This document shows, piece by piece, positions 8,719 to 17,321 of a stretch of DNA of 64,000 nucleotides. Positions within the stretch are counted from its first letter, which is position 1. Every line of letters begins with the position of its first letter. The notes beneath the pieces were generated by a model that did no database searches, was not told the origin of the DNA, and worked only from the letters and a program-made list of their open reading frames with translations. This stretch comes from an uncultured virus (IMG/VR IMGVR_UViG_3300044693_000067). Taxonomy: Duplodnaviria > Heunggongvirae > Uroviricota > Caudoviricetes. The stretch lies in IMG/VR virus record IMGVR_UViG_3300044693_000067. One strand, written 5' to 3'. Made by a program: the position numbers and the translations under genes.

Positions 8719-8743
8719 GGCCGCCTAGCGGCCGGTTTCTTTT
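8719..8743 (+). terminator. Putative intrinsic terminator before xis-int
   Basis: GGCCGC-CTA-GCGGCC followed by a T-rich run. Confidence 0.5.
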
Positions 8744-8755
8744 GTGGGGGTGGAG

Positions 8756-8977
8756 ATGAGCGACCTCATTCTTAGCGAGGAGGAGATTGTCGCCGTTACA
8801 AAAAAACGGCGCCATAGTTCGCAGGTGCTCGTTCTGCGTATGCTCGGCATCCATCATAAAATCCGTCCCGATGGGACTATCATCGTATCGCGCACGCACT
8901 TCGATGATGTCATGGGACCGAAAGCATCGCGCCGCAAGGCTGTCGAGTCGGAACCCGATTGGAGCGCAGCAGCGTAG
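8756..8977 (+). CDS. Excisionase-like protein (DUF4224)
   Basis: LSEEEIVAVT...QVLVLRMLGIHHKIRPDG; immediately upstream of int. Confidence 0.8.
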   Translation: MSDLILSEEEIVAVTKKRRHSSQVLVLRMLGIHHKIRPDGTIIVSRTHFDDVMGPKASRRKAVESEPDWSAAA

Positions 8978-8985
8978 GAGGAATC

Positions 8986-10038
8986 GTGCCAAAGCCGCGC
9001 AAACCAGAAAACAAGGGACTACCGAAGCGTTGGCGCAATATCAACGGGGTCTATTACTATGCCGTCCCGAATGAATTGAAAGACTCATGGGATGGCAAGC
9101 AATTGTTCCGACTGGGATCTACGCTGCCGGAAGCCTATCGGGTCTGGGCCGAGCGCATCGGATCAATTGACGACGCAAAGACCATCGCGCAGCTGCTCGA
9201 CCGATATTCGATGGAAGTCGTTCCAAAGAAGGAAATTACGACACAGGCCCATAACTCCATTGCCATCAAGAGACTGCGCGCCGTGCTTGGCAAGATGCCC
9301 CTGCTGAGCATCAAGCCCCGGAGCGTCTATCAGTACATCGACAAGCGCACGGCCAAGGTAGCCGCCAAGCGGGAGATTGAAGTGTTGTCGCACGCCTTCA
9401 CGAAGGCCGTGGAGTGGGGATATCTGGACCGGCACCCGTTCAAGGGTGAGGTCAGGCTTGAGGGCGAAAAGGCGCGCACGCGGTACATCGAAGACTGGGA
9501 AGTCATCGAGTGTCTGTCGATCGAGTCGAAGCGGAAGAAGGGAAGTGTGCTGGCTGTCCAGTCGTACATGCGCATCAAACTACTGACTGGCATGCGCCGC
9601 GGCGATCTGCTGCGGCTCACGATGTCCGACTTGCAGGACGACGGCATCCACGTCCAGCCAGGGAAGACCGAGCACACGACCGGCAAGCGGCTTATCTACG
9701 AATGGTCGCAGGAGTTACGCGAGGCCGTCTCAATGGCGAAGAACGCGCGCCCGGTGCCATTGTCGCCTTTCCTATTCTGCAATCGGCGAGGGGAATGCTA
9801 TTTCAACGAGACGACTGGGCGGGCCGGGGGATGGGACACGATGTGGAAGAACTTCATGGCTCGCGTGAAGAAGGAAACCAAGGTCACGGAGCATTTCACG
9901 GAGCACGACTTGCGGGCGAAATGTGCGAGCGACGCTGAGACGCTTGAACACGCCAAGGCGCTACTTTCGCACGCGGACGGGAAGACGACGGAGCGCATCT
10001 ACCGGCGCAAACCGGAGCGCGTGAAGCCGCTGAGGTAG
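8986..10038 (+). CDS. int: Tyrosine integrase
   Basis: TGMRRGDLL, HDLRAK, SHAD, RIYRR catalytic residues; RBS AGGAGG. Confidence 0.95.
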   Translation: MPKPRKPENKGLPKRWRNINGVYYYAVPNELKDSWDGKQLFRLGSTLPEAYRVWAERIGSIDDAKTIAQLLDRYSMEVVPKKEITTQAHNSIAIKRLRAVLGKMPLLSIKPRSVYQYIDKRTAKVAAKREIEVLSHAFTKAVEWGYLDRHPFKGEVRLEGEKARTRYIEDWEVIECLSIESKRKKGSVLAVQSYMRIKLLTGMRRGDLLRLTMSDLQDDGIHVQPGKTEHTTGKRLIYEWSQELREAVSMAKNARPVPLSPFLFCNRRGECYFNETTGRAGGWDTMWKNFMARVKKETKVTEHFTEHDLRAKCASDAETLEHAKALLSHADGKTTERIYRRKPERVKPLR

Positions 10039-10173
10039 GGAGGAAACCATACCATTGGTCGATGGCGCTAGTTTACGAATCAATGGCTTATATCATCAAC
10101 TAGAGATACTCAATGGTATAATTCGAAGATGCAACGGATTGATTTTTCGAAGGAAAGGGCGGTTGTGCGGATT

Positions 10174-10216
10174 GGTTAACAGCCTATCGGGGGTTCGAAT
10201 CCCCCTCTCTCCGCCA
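10174..10216 (+). other. attP core: 3' part of a tRNA-Ser gene
   Basis: GGTTAACAGCCTATCGGGGGTTCGAATCCCCCTCTCTCCGCCA (long variable arm, T-arm, CCA) with no 5' half; just downstream of int. Confidence 0.88.
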
Positions 10217-10376
10217 CCTTGCCCAATAAGGCTATTAGTGACTTCGCAATGAGTCGCGTATACCAATCAGCGAAGGTATACCATTCAGAGAGCCGCCTTT
10301 TCCTTCGATTGATCGTTTTGACGATGCCCGACGAGCCCCGCTCTCGGGATAGCGCCCACGCGCGAAGGAGGAAATT

Positions 10377-10745
10377 TTGACGGACGATGTCGCCTGCGCC
10401 CCGGCGAAGCCCGCATTCGGGGAACCATGCAACGGATGCGGCTACTGCTGCACCAAAGAGCCGTGTGCGCTCGCCAGAGATTTCCTGAATTGCTCGCCCG
10501 GGCCGTGCGTCGCCTTAGAATGGCACGACGGAAAATCGCTATGCGGGTTGGTCCGAAATCCGCTCGGGTATCTGTACAAGGCCGTTCAACCTGGCGACGA
10601 GTCCGTTCATGTTTTGGATGCCGCAGCAGATATTGATGCTGGGCGCTCGCTTTCGAAAGAACTCGCGTCGGCACTTGGCATGGGCCGAGGCTGCGACGCA
10701 GAGGACGATGAAGACTCGGCTATGTGGCCGAAGGAGCCGAAATGA
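10377..10745 (+). CDS. Cys-rich protein (metal/Fe-S-binding)
   Basis: RBS AAGGAGG, TTG start; CNGCGYCC...C...C...C. Confidence 0.65.
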   Translation: MTDDVACAPAKPAFGEPCNGCGYCCTKEPCALARDFLNCSPGPCVALEWHDGKSLCGLVRNPLGYLYKAVQPGDESVHVLDAAADIDAGRSLSKELASALGMGRGCDAEDDEDSAMWPKEPK

Positions 10746-11077
10746 CGGATAGGGAATTGCTGGAAGCGGCGGCGCGGGTGGCGGGAATCGAGATACAGGG
10801 ATGGTTCGGCGATGACGAAACTGGTGAATGGTGGGTGGATATTGGCCCAGAGGATGTCATCGCGTGGAACGCTCTGACCGACGACGGCGACCGCTACCGT
10901 CTAGCCAAGCGACTCGGCATCAACATCGATTTCTCGGATTGCTGCGCGTGGAAACGCCTGCCGGATGGCGAACTTATTCAGGAATGGTGGGGTGGGGAAA
11001 GCGGAGACGAGGCGCAAGCCGTCGTTCGTGCTGCTGCCGCTATTGGTGAGAAGATGATTGACGCGCTACCTAGGTAG
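10742..11077 (+). CDS. Phage hypothetical protein
   Basis: MTDRELLEAAA...WNALTDDGD...AVVRAAAAIG, a common phage ORF pattern. Confidence 0.7.
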   Translation: MTDRELLEAAARVAGIEIQGWFGDDETGEWWVDIGPEDVIAWNALTDDGDRYRLAKRLGINIDFSDCCAWKRLPDGELIQEWWGGESGDEAQAVVRAAAAIGEKMIDALPR

Positions 11078-11091
11078 GCGAGGGAGAGAAG

Positions 11092-11346
11092 ATGGACGCC
11101 GAAGAGTTTGAACAACGGGCCACGGAGTGCATACTAGATGCGCTGATCAGCGGAGACATGCGCCTAACCGACGACAATCGAAAGGCTATGTTGGCAAGCG
11201 TCATTAAGGTTATGCCGCCAAATTCCCTCGCCCAATGGGTCGAGTCTGCCAAAATTGAAAATGGCGAGATGCGCATCAAACTGACGCCAGAGGCGAAGAA
11301 ATTACTTGTGCAAGAAGGATGGGGCGAAATTGAAGCGCCGCAATAG
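11092..11346 (+). CDS. Hypothetical protein
   Basis: RBS GGGAG. Confidence 0.55.
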   Translation: MDAEEFEQRATECILDALISGDMRLTDDNRKAMLASVIKVMPPNSLAQWVESAKIENGEMRIKLTPEAKKLLVQEGWGEIEAPQ

Positions 11347-11363
11347 CGGGCAGGGAGGAGGGG

Positions 11364-11588
11364 ATGTTTCAAATAACTTGGCTTGATCCTCGCCAAACCG
11401 TGACGGTCGAAAGTGGGCTCGGACTTGACGCAATCGGCTCGATGCGCGGCGTTGATCTGCCGCGCGATGGGGATGAATCTGACGCCGACTACCGCAGACG
11501 ATTGATGGTCAGGCTATGTTGCCCACTAGGATCGGACCTTGACCCGCCAATCAATCACGTCCGCGATGCGGTAGAGGCTAATCGATAG
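11364..11588 (+). CDS. Hypothetical protein
   Basis: RBS GGAGG. Confidence 0.55.
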   Translation: MFQITWLDPRQTVTVESGLGLDAIGSMRGVDLPRDGDESDADYRRRLMVRLCCPLGSDLDPPINHVRDAVEANR

Positions 11589-11596
11589 GAGGGGAG

Positions 11597-11851
11597 ATGG
11601 CCCTGATTATGAAGATTCTGGAGCGCGTGACGATCCACGACGTTGAGCGGGCCAAACTGTTCGCGTCGGGCCTTCTCGACGGCCGCATGGTCGCGCACGA
11701 TGGTTTCATGTGGCGCATCCTAACATGCGAAGTGATCGATAACGACGAGGTGGTCAACTACGGCGGCATGTGGGAGGGCGGCCCGGCACCGATGGTCGTT
11801 CATGTGCCGCATCCCCCAACGTTCCTGATTACGATGGAGCGCGAAGCCTAA
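11597..11851 (+). CDS. Hypothetical protein
   Basis: RBS AGGAGG. Confidence 0.55.
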   Translation: MALIMKILERVTIHDVERAKLFASGLLDGRMVAHDGFMWRILTCEVIDNDEVVNYGGMWEGGPAPMVVHVPHPPTFLITMEREA

Positions 11852-12498
11852 GCCACCGCCGTCTCCATAGCCGCCAAAGCCGAAACAACGCGCCCGATTT
11901 CATGATCGATCACGTTGACAATCGGCAGCGCCGGCTTCCCGATTCGAATCAGCGTCGCGGCGTGTCGCCAGTCCAAAGGTAGAGTAGGAACAAGGTCGAG
12001 TCCATTCCGATACAGGCGCACGTCGACATGGCGCAGCGCCACGCGGGTGCTCATATCCGGGCTGACTCTGGGCGGTTCGAAGCCATACACGGAGACGGGC
12101 GGATTGCCTGAGATGGTTGTATCGAGTGCCGCAGCTATCGCGAGGGCACTTCCCAAGCTGTGCCCGACGAACGTTACCGGCTGACCGTCAACCGCCGCTA
12201 GAACGTCCGTTGCAATCGCCTGCCATGCCCGCCAAAATCCCGCGTGAAATTTCCCCGCACCCGGGACATCGACCGTTTCGATATCGAGATCCGTTTCCCA
12301 ACTTGGACCGTTGTCCGAGCCGCGGAAGGCGATGACTAGCCCCGCCGCGGTCTGTCGCACGATGGCGCGAGAAGCGCTGTCAGCTTTGCCGATGTCGGGC
12401 GGTGCAGAGTACGCTACCTGGGCTAGCAGCGCATAGGCATGGGGCGTCATGCTCGCAACCCCGGACCTAACAGCGCTTGCGTCCGAGATTGCGGTCAT
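11848..12498 (-). CDS. Class 3 lipase (alpha/beta hydrolase)
   Basis: IAFRGS, FHAGF, GHSLG nucleophile elbow, DLVPTLP, DH. Confidence 0.9.
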   Translation of the reverse strand: MTAISDASAVRSGVASMTPHAYALLAQVAYSAPPDIGKADSASRAIVRQTAAGLVIAFRGSDNGPSWETDLDIETVDVPGAGKFHAGFWRAWQAIATDVLAAVDGQPVTFVGHSLGSALAIAAALDTTISGNPPVSVYGFEPPRVSPDMSTRVALRHVDVRLYRNGLDLVPTLPLDWRHAATLIRIGKPALPIVNVIDHEIGRVVSALAAMETAVA

Positions 12499-12866
12499 GG
12501 TTCGATCTCCGGCAGATCGACCGTTTGGCCGGCTAGGGCATGCGTGCAATCTCCGAGGAACTGAATCTTGCCATCGCGGATGAATGAGTGGCAGCGGTGG
12601 AGGGGAATGTCGTGATCACCGCTTTTGAAGCCGCCCCACCAAGTATTCAAGCTAGGGCTGAACGTCGGCTTCTCGAAGTCACCGTTGAACGTCCATCGAT
12701 CCTCCCACGAGATGTTCGGTGAGAACTCCGTCTCGCCTGCCGGCAACGCATTCAGCGGCAACACGTGATCCTGCGGCGTGCCGTTCGAATACAGACAGCC
12801 GGGGCAACGGATCTCGATTCCATAGAATCGGCCTTGATCGTCTCGACGAATCTTGGCTTTCATCAC
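12495..12866 (-). CDS. DUF6527-like zinc-binding protein
   Basis: CPGC...WTFNGDFEKPTFSPSL...CHSFIRDGKIQFLGDCTHAL. Confidence 0.8.
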   Translation of the reverse strand: MMKAKIRRDDQGRFYGIEIRCPGCLYSNGTPQDHVLPLNALPAGETEFSPNISWEDRWTFNGDFEKPTFSPSLNTWWGGFKSGDHDIPLHRCHSFIRDGKIQFLGDCTHALAGQTVDLPEIEP

Positions 12867-13336
12867 GCGCTCGCGCGCGTAGCAACCGCCGCAGGTTGTG
12901 CTGCGTTGTACTGCGCCACTGCGGTATTCAAAGCCGTTTGCAGGGCAATCACGCCGATAGCGATGAGCGTCTTGTCGTCGGTCGATAGCGATGAAGCATT
13001 GACGAGCTTCAGAGCGGCAGGAATGGCCGTGTTGGCGAAGTCCGAAACGCTCTTTACGCTTACCGTGTCATGGATGTCACAGAAAGCTGTCGCATCCTTG
13101 TAGACCTTCTCGACGATGGCCGCTTGATCGGGCGTGAGGCCGGGTTCGAGCGACTTGATCGAATCGAGCGATGGCTTTGCCGCGGTACACGCGATCGAGA
13201 CTTGCGAATGCACCGTGGCAAGCAGTTGCGCGGGCGATTGGGCGGGCGATTGGTTGGCGACAGGTGCAGTGCCGTTGCAGGCAGTGAGAACGACGGACGC
13301 GACGAGGGCCGCCGCAAGCAGCGTAAAAGCTTTCAT
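12863..13336 (-). CDS. Lipoprotein
   Basis: Signal peptide with lipobox LTAC. Confidence 0.75.
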   Translation of the reverse strand: MKAFTLLAAALVASVVLTACNGTAPVANQSPAQSPAQLLATVHSQVSIACTAAKPSLDSIKSLEPGLTPDQAAIVEKVYKDATAFCDIHDTVSVKSVSDFANTAIPAALKLVNASSLSTDDKTLIAIGVIALQTALNTAVAQYNAAQPAAVATRASA

Positions 13337-13345
13337 TTAGGAACC

Positions 13346-13660
13346 TCAGGGTTTCAGAGAGAATTTCGCCGCGGCGTTCGCCGTAGCGGTGACTGCTCCG
13401 GCGATCGCGGAGACAGCGGCGGTGTTGGCTTGGATGGGGGCGGTAGCCGAGACGCCAGATTCCGAGAAGTGAATCTGGTAGTCGTCGCCCGTCTTCACGG
13501 CATCGACCGTGACCGATGCGATGTCGCGGCTCGAGCTAACCGCCGCTTCGCAGCAAACCATCTTGCCGAGTTCGGGCGAATAGAACGGTTTGACCGAATA
13601 GCTCGCCGCGCCCGCGCACGCACTCAAGCCGAGGCACAGCACGGCCAGGGCGGATTTCAT
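13346..13660 (-). CDS. Lipoprotein
   Basis: MKSALAVLCLGLSAC lipobox. Confidence 0.72.
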   Translation of the reverse strand: MKSALAVLCLGLSACAGAASYSVKPFYSPELGKMVCCEAAVSSSRDIASVTVDAVKTGDDYQIHFSESGVSATAPIQANTAAVSAIAGAVTATANAAAKFSLKP

Positions 13661-13878
13661 TGGGCCGCAGCCGAAGGCGCTACGTTCGCAGCCGGTTTGA
13701 CTCCACGTTGAGCCCATGCGTTATAGCCAGCATGCAGAGCGGCCACTAGGACGCCGGCAATCAATCCAGATAGGTTGGCCGGGACCGGACCATGGAAGCC
13801 GTGAAGCGCCCAATCGACGGTCGGGATGAGATCGGCAGCACTGACGGTCAGACCGCCGCTAATCATTGCTTTGTACAT
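13657..13878 (-). CDS. Small membrane protein (holin candidate)
   Basis: 73 aa with a hydrophobic segment, in the lysis cluster. Confidence 0.5.
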   Translation of the reverse strand: MYKAMISGGLTVSAADLIPTVDWALHGFHGPVPANLSGLIAGVLVAALHAGYNAWAQRGVKPAANVAPSAAAQ

Positions 13879-13880
13879 GC

Positions 13881-14438
13881 TTACTCCTGGTGATGGATGA
13901 CTTCGATGTCGGAGAATTGGTAGCCTTCACGCGCGTAGCGTTGGGCAATCCAGAGGGGATACGGCAATGTATGAATGCCTTCGTCCTTGCCGATGTGATG
14001 CGCCTTACAGAGCAGTAGGCCGTTCACGCGCATGTCGTCGACGAACTGCGTCCAATCGGTGAAGTTGGCCCAGTCGAAAGCTTGGATCTGCGGGCCGAGA
14101 TGGCCGGCGATAGCCGCGGCCTTGAACGCATCCCAATCGATCATTTCCGCGAGCGAGCGCTCGACGGGATGGTGATGAGCCTCAAGCGGATGCCCCGCTT
14201 CTTCTGCCGTCGCATTGCAAATGAAGCATCGGCCACCTTCGCGCGCGATCAGTTCCTTGCGCGTGCGTTCGAAAAGAGCGGTTGTCTTGCGTTCGGCATG
14301 CGCCGGGATGTTGACGGCGACCGACAGCGTTTCCTTCTCGGTATGCGCATCGGTGATCTTCGCCAACCCCTCGGCCATGCACTGCTCGCACTTGTGCTCG
14401 AGCGGGATTTCGTGACTGCAACGCATGCAGTTCTCCAA
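13881..14438 (-). CDS. HNH-like zinc-binding protein (start uncertain)
   Basis: CFIC...LEAHH...LLCKAHH. Confidence 0.6.
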   Translation of the reverse strand: MENCMRCSHEIPLEHKCEQCMAEGLAKITDAHTEKETLSVAVNIPAHAERKTTALFERTRKELIAREGGRCFICNATAEEAGHPLEAHHHPVERSLAEMIDWDAFKAAAIAGHLGPQIQAFDWANFTDWTQFVDDMRVNGLLLCKAHHIGKDEGIHTLPYPLWIAQRYAREGYQFSDIEVIHHQE

Positions 14439-14441
14439 ATG

Positions 14442-14464
14442 AAAAACCCGGCTCGTGGCCGGGT
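14442..14464 (-). terminator. Intrinsic terminator
   Basis: CCCGGC/GCCGGG stem with A5 on the + strand. Confidence 0.6.
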
Positions 14465-14507
14465 ATTTATTCGCTATGCGGATAAACGGGGAATATCGGT
14501 TTGACGG

Positions 14508-14978
14508 CTATTCGGCGTGCGTAGCGCAGTCGAGCAATGCCAACTTGTGGGCGCGGATGATGGAAATGATCTTGCTAGCGTATTGCGGGTCTGTGGCGTA
14601 GCCTGCGTTTTGGCAGGCTTGCGCGAACCCCTCGCCGTCCGAATACTGGAAGCACGGCTTGTAACGCGGGTTCGTCAGCAGGAATTGCGCGTGATCGGAG
14701 ATCGAGCCGAGCCAGTCTGGGTAGGCTCGCCACAGTGCTGGAACCATGACCCATTGGCCGCGCAAGTATTCGCGCGTCTGCATCGTCCACGTAGGGCCAT
14801 GCCATGACGAATCGGCCTTCACGCCGAACAGGTTGTGCGCTTGCTGGGCCAGCATCGAAGCGCCCCATCCCGATTCAAGCGCCGCTTCTGCGGTCGTGAA
14901 TGAGGCTGGTATCTTCGTGGTGATCGCCGATTGTTTCGCGGCCGGCGCTATCGCGTCGATGAAGTCTTGAGGTTTCAT
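14508..14978 (-). CDS. Endolysin, GH73 (FlgJ-like glucosaminidase)
   Basis: AALESGWG, HNLFGVKA, GYATDPQY. Confidence 0.92.
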   Translation of the reverse strand: MKPQDFIDAIAPAAKQSAITTKIPASFTTAEAALESGWGASMLAQQAHNLFGVKADSSWHGPTWTMQTREYLRGQWVMVPALWRAYPDWLGSISDHAQFLLTNPRYKPCFQYSDGEGFAQACQNAGYATDPQYASKIISIIRAHKLALLDCATHAE

Positions 14979-15304
14979 GGTTTATCCGCCTTCGTCTGCT
15001 GTATCAGCCGGAACCATTCACGCATCTCTGTTGCGTTGCTGTTCACAGATTCGATGAGGCGCTGGATTGTGCTTTCGAGGCTTCCGATCGCCTTCGTCAA
15101 CTCGCCCTGGGTCACGAAATGCTGCTCGGCGTAGAGCTTGTAGTCGCTGAGTTCCCTGGCATTGGCTTTTAGCGCTTCGTCGTGGACGTCAAACTTCTTG
15201 TCGTTCTGCGCGACCGCGCGCCTCACAAGCCAGCCGAATACAGCGCCAGCACCCCCAAGCACCGAACCGGCGACCCCGGCAACAGTCGAGAAATCCATGC
15301 ACAC
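14975..15304 (-). CDS. Membrane-anchored coiled-coil protein (holin/antiholin candidate)
   Basis: N-terminal TM segment; ATGA overlap with the endolysin. Confidence 0.6.
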   Translation of the reverse strand: MCMDFSTVAGVAGSVLGGAGAVFGWLVRRAVAQNDKKFDVHDEALKANARELSDYKLYAEQHFVTQGELTKAIGSLESTIQRLIESVNSNATEMREWFRLIQQTKADKP

Positions 15305-15315
15305 CCCGGAAATAG

Positions 15316-15336
15316 AAAAGCCCGCTTTGCGCGGGC
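15316..15336 (-). terminator. Putative intrinsic terminator
   Basis: GCCCGC/GCGGGC stem with an A run. Confidence 0.5.
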
Positions 15337-15445
15337 CGGGTTTCTAAACAACGCAATCACCAATTCTTGGGATTGACTACTATTGTCTGTCAGCAATCCG
15401 ACAGGACGCCGTGCTAGAGTTCACGCGCCACAAACGAGACCATAA

Positions 15446-17320
15446 ATGTTTGTAAAAATTACTGAATGGGTAGACCGCCCCATGCTTTCCTTGAGCGCTG
15501 TGTGTACGGGTTTGTTTGGCCTATACCTGGCACTATTTCAATCCGGCATTGTCAGTTACGCGGGCGCTGAGATTGGCGTGACATGGCTATCGCGAATGTC
15601 GTTCCTTATCTATGGAGCGACGGCCATATGCGCAGCCGTAGCGATCATGCGAGGCTCGGTCGAACGCCGACTCCTGTTTCCTCTTGGCGCATTCATCGCA
15701 ATCGCCGCGATCCCTTTGGTACTGACCCGCGGTGAGATCGGCCCGGTCACTAAGTCGTATCTCATTGCGCTCGGATCGATCGGGGCATTCACTGTCGCGG
15801 CGATGACTACAGATCTTCGTCGTATCGCTCAATTTTCGGCCTCGGCGCTCTGTGTCGTCAGCGTTTGTTGCGTTCTGGATGCCTGCTTTTTTGACGGATT
15901 CAGCAATACTGCTGGGCGAGCCGCATTCCTATATATCAACCCAAACATCGCGGGCATCGCATTGCTTCTTGGTGCTGCGGCCACGGCGTGGTCTATTCCT
16001 TTGCGATGGATACCTGTGTTCCTTATTTTGGTCGGCGGGGCAGTTTTTGCGACGCTCTCGCGAGGCGCGATCCTTATGGGCGTCGTCACGATCTGCGTGA
16101 GCGCCATTGTGTGGGCTCCAAACTATCGATCCGTGCTTGGCGAACTTCGCTCGGGAATAAATTACTCCGTTGCCGCCGCTGCCTTCATGGTGGGTTTGTT
16201 CGCGTTTGCGATGGGAAACAACCACGCTTTTTCAGTGGCGATTTCTCAGGGCTTCCGTGGTGCTCAGACGGCAGTAAAATGGACCGAAGCGGGCAACGCC
16301 GAGCAGAAGGCACAGACTGTCTTTGCGCAGATGCCGATTGCGTCCACAGCCAAACCGGCGGGCATCAAAAACCCTAGCGCGACAGCGACCATGCCCGCAG
16401 GCAGAACAGCGGCTATCGCGGCGGTCGAGGAGCAAAACTCCGCATCTGCTCGAGCCTTGCTCGCCGAACGCGCTTGGCATCAAGCTATTAGTGGTCCAGC
16501 AATGGGGATCGGCCTAGAGCGCGCGTTTGCGATGGCGCCACACAATTCCTATCTTCTCTTCGCCATGGCATTTGGCTACGCCGGATGGCTTGTCATTCCC
16601 GCGCTGATTGGCGCGATTTTGTATCTTGGCAAGCGTCGGGCCGTTCCTGCTGCGATGATCATCGGTATGTCCGCGATGGTGTCGCACGACTTGCTGTTCG
16701 CCATGCCGCTCGTTTCTTCTCTGGCGTTGATTCTCCCGAGCGTTGCGTGGAAGGATCACGGCGAAGGTGCTCAGAGTAACAGCGCCCCGGCGACTCTTGC
16801 TGCGATAGCCGTCTTAATCGCGGCTCTGTGCATCCTTACCGACGCCAGCGAAGCGGGCAATCTGCCTTCCTATGAGAAGGAATTTTCGGGTGCCGACATC
16901 AAGAAGCTTCGCGGCCTTGAATACTACGCGGAGCTTCCTGCTCTGTCGCCACCCGGAATATTCAGGCTGGGCGCGGAGAGCCGCGAATACTTCGGTGGTG
17001 GAGGGATTTCCGTTTCAGAAGGCGGGATTGATCTCCCGTCGAGCAATCGCGCCGCTCCCGAAATTGCCGCCGCCGGCCATGGGCGATACGGCTTCCATAA
17101 TATGTGGGTGCTTCTATCGTCGTCTGACGGCACTGACCCAAGTTCCAATGGACGAGTCTACCGAGTGCGCGCAGAAGTGACCCTCCACCCACTGTTCCTG
17201 CTTAGCGTCCTCGCTGCATTCCTATGGGCTGCGATTTATTCGATCTGTGCCTTCGACTTTCTCGGCTTCAGGTCGCGCATCAAACGGCGATCGCTACTTG
17301 CTGCAATCGCCGATGCGTGA
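15446..17320 (+). CDS. O-antigen ligase/polymerase (WaaL/Wzy)-like membrane protein, moron
   Basis: Many TM segments; INPN, TLSRGA, GIG and PHNSYL motifs; opposite strand to its neighbours. Confidence 0.75.
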   Translation: MFVKITEWVDRPMLSLSAVCTGLFGLYLALFQSGIVSYAGAEIGVTWLSRMSFLIYGATAICAAVAIMRGSVERRLLFPLGAFIAIAAIPLVLTRGEIGPVTKSYLIALGSIGAFTVAAMTTDLRRIAQFSASALCVVSVCCVLDACFFDGFSNTAGRAAFLYINPNIAGIALLLGAAATAWSIPLRWIPVFLILVGGAVFATLSRGAILMGVVTICVSAIVWAPNYRSVLGELRSGINYSVAAAAFMVGLFAFAMGNNHAFSVAISQGFRGAQTAVKWTEAGNAEQKAQTVFAQMPIASTAKPAGIKNPSATATMPAGRTAAIAAVEEQNSASARALLAERAWHQAISGPAMGIGLERAFAMAPHNSYLLFAMAFGYAGWLVIPALIGAILYLGKRRAVPAAMIIGMSAMVSHDLLFAMPLVSSLALILPSVAWKDHGEGAQSNSAPATLAAIAVLIAALCILTDASEAGNLPSYEKEFSGADIKKLRGLEYYAELPALSPPGIFRLGAESREYFGGGGISVSEGGIDLPSSNRAAPEIAAAGHGRYGFHNMWVLLSSSDGTDPSSNGRVYRVRAEVTLHPLFLLSVLAAFLWAAIYSICAFDFLGFRSRIKRRSLLAAIADA

Positions 17321-17321
17321 T

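Noticed and set aside
10174..10216. Functional tRNA-Ser gene
   Set aside because: The 5' acceptor strand, D-arm and anticodon arm are missing; it is an att core
11364..11588. Baseplate-wedge-like motif (LDAIG...G...R..DESDADYRRRL)
   Set aside because: The match is too short and out of context to assign a function
13229..13256. GGGCGATTG tandem repeat as a second GG-NN tract
   Set aside because: 12-nt period, encoding SPAQSPAQ in the lipoprotein on the minus strand
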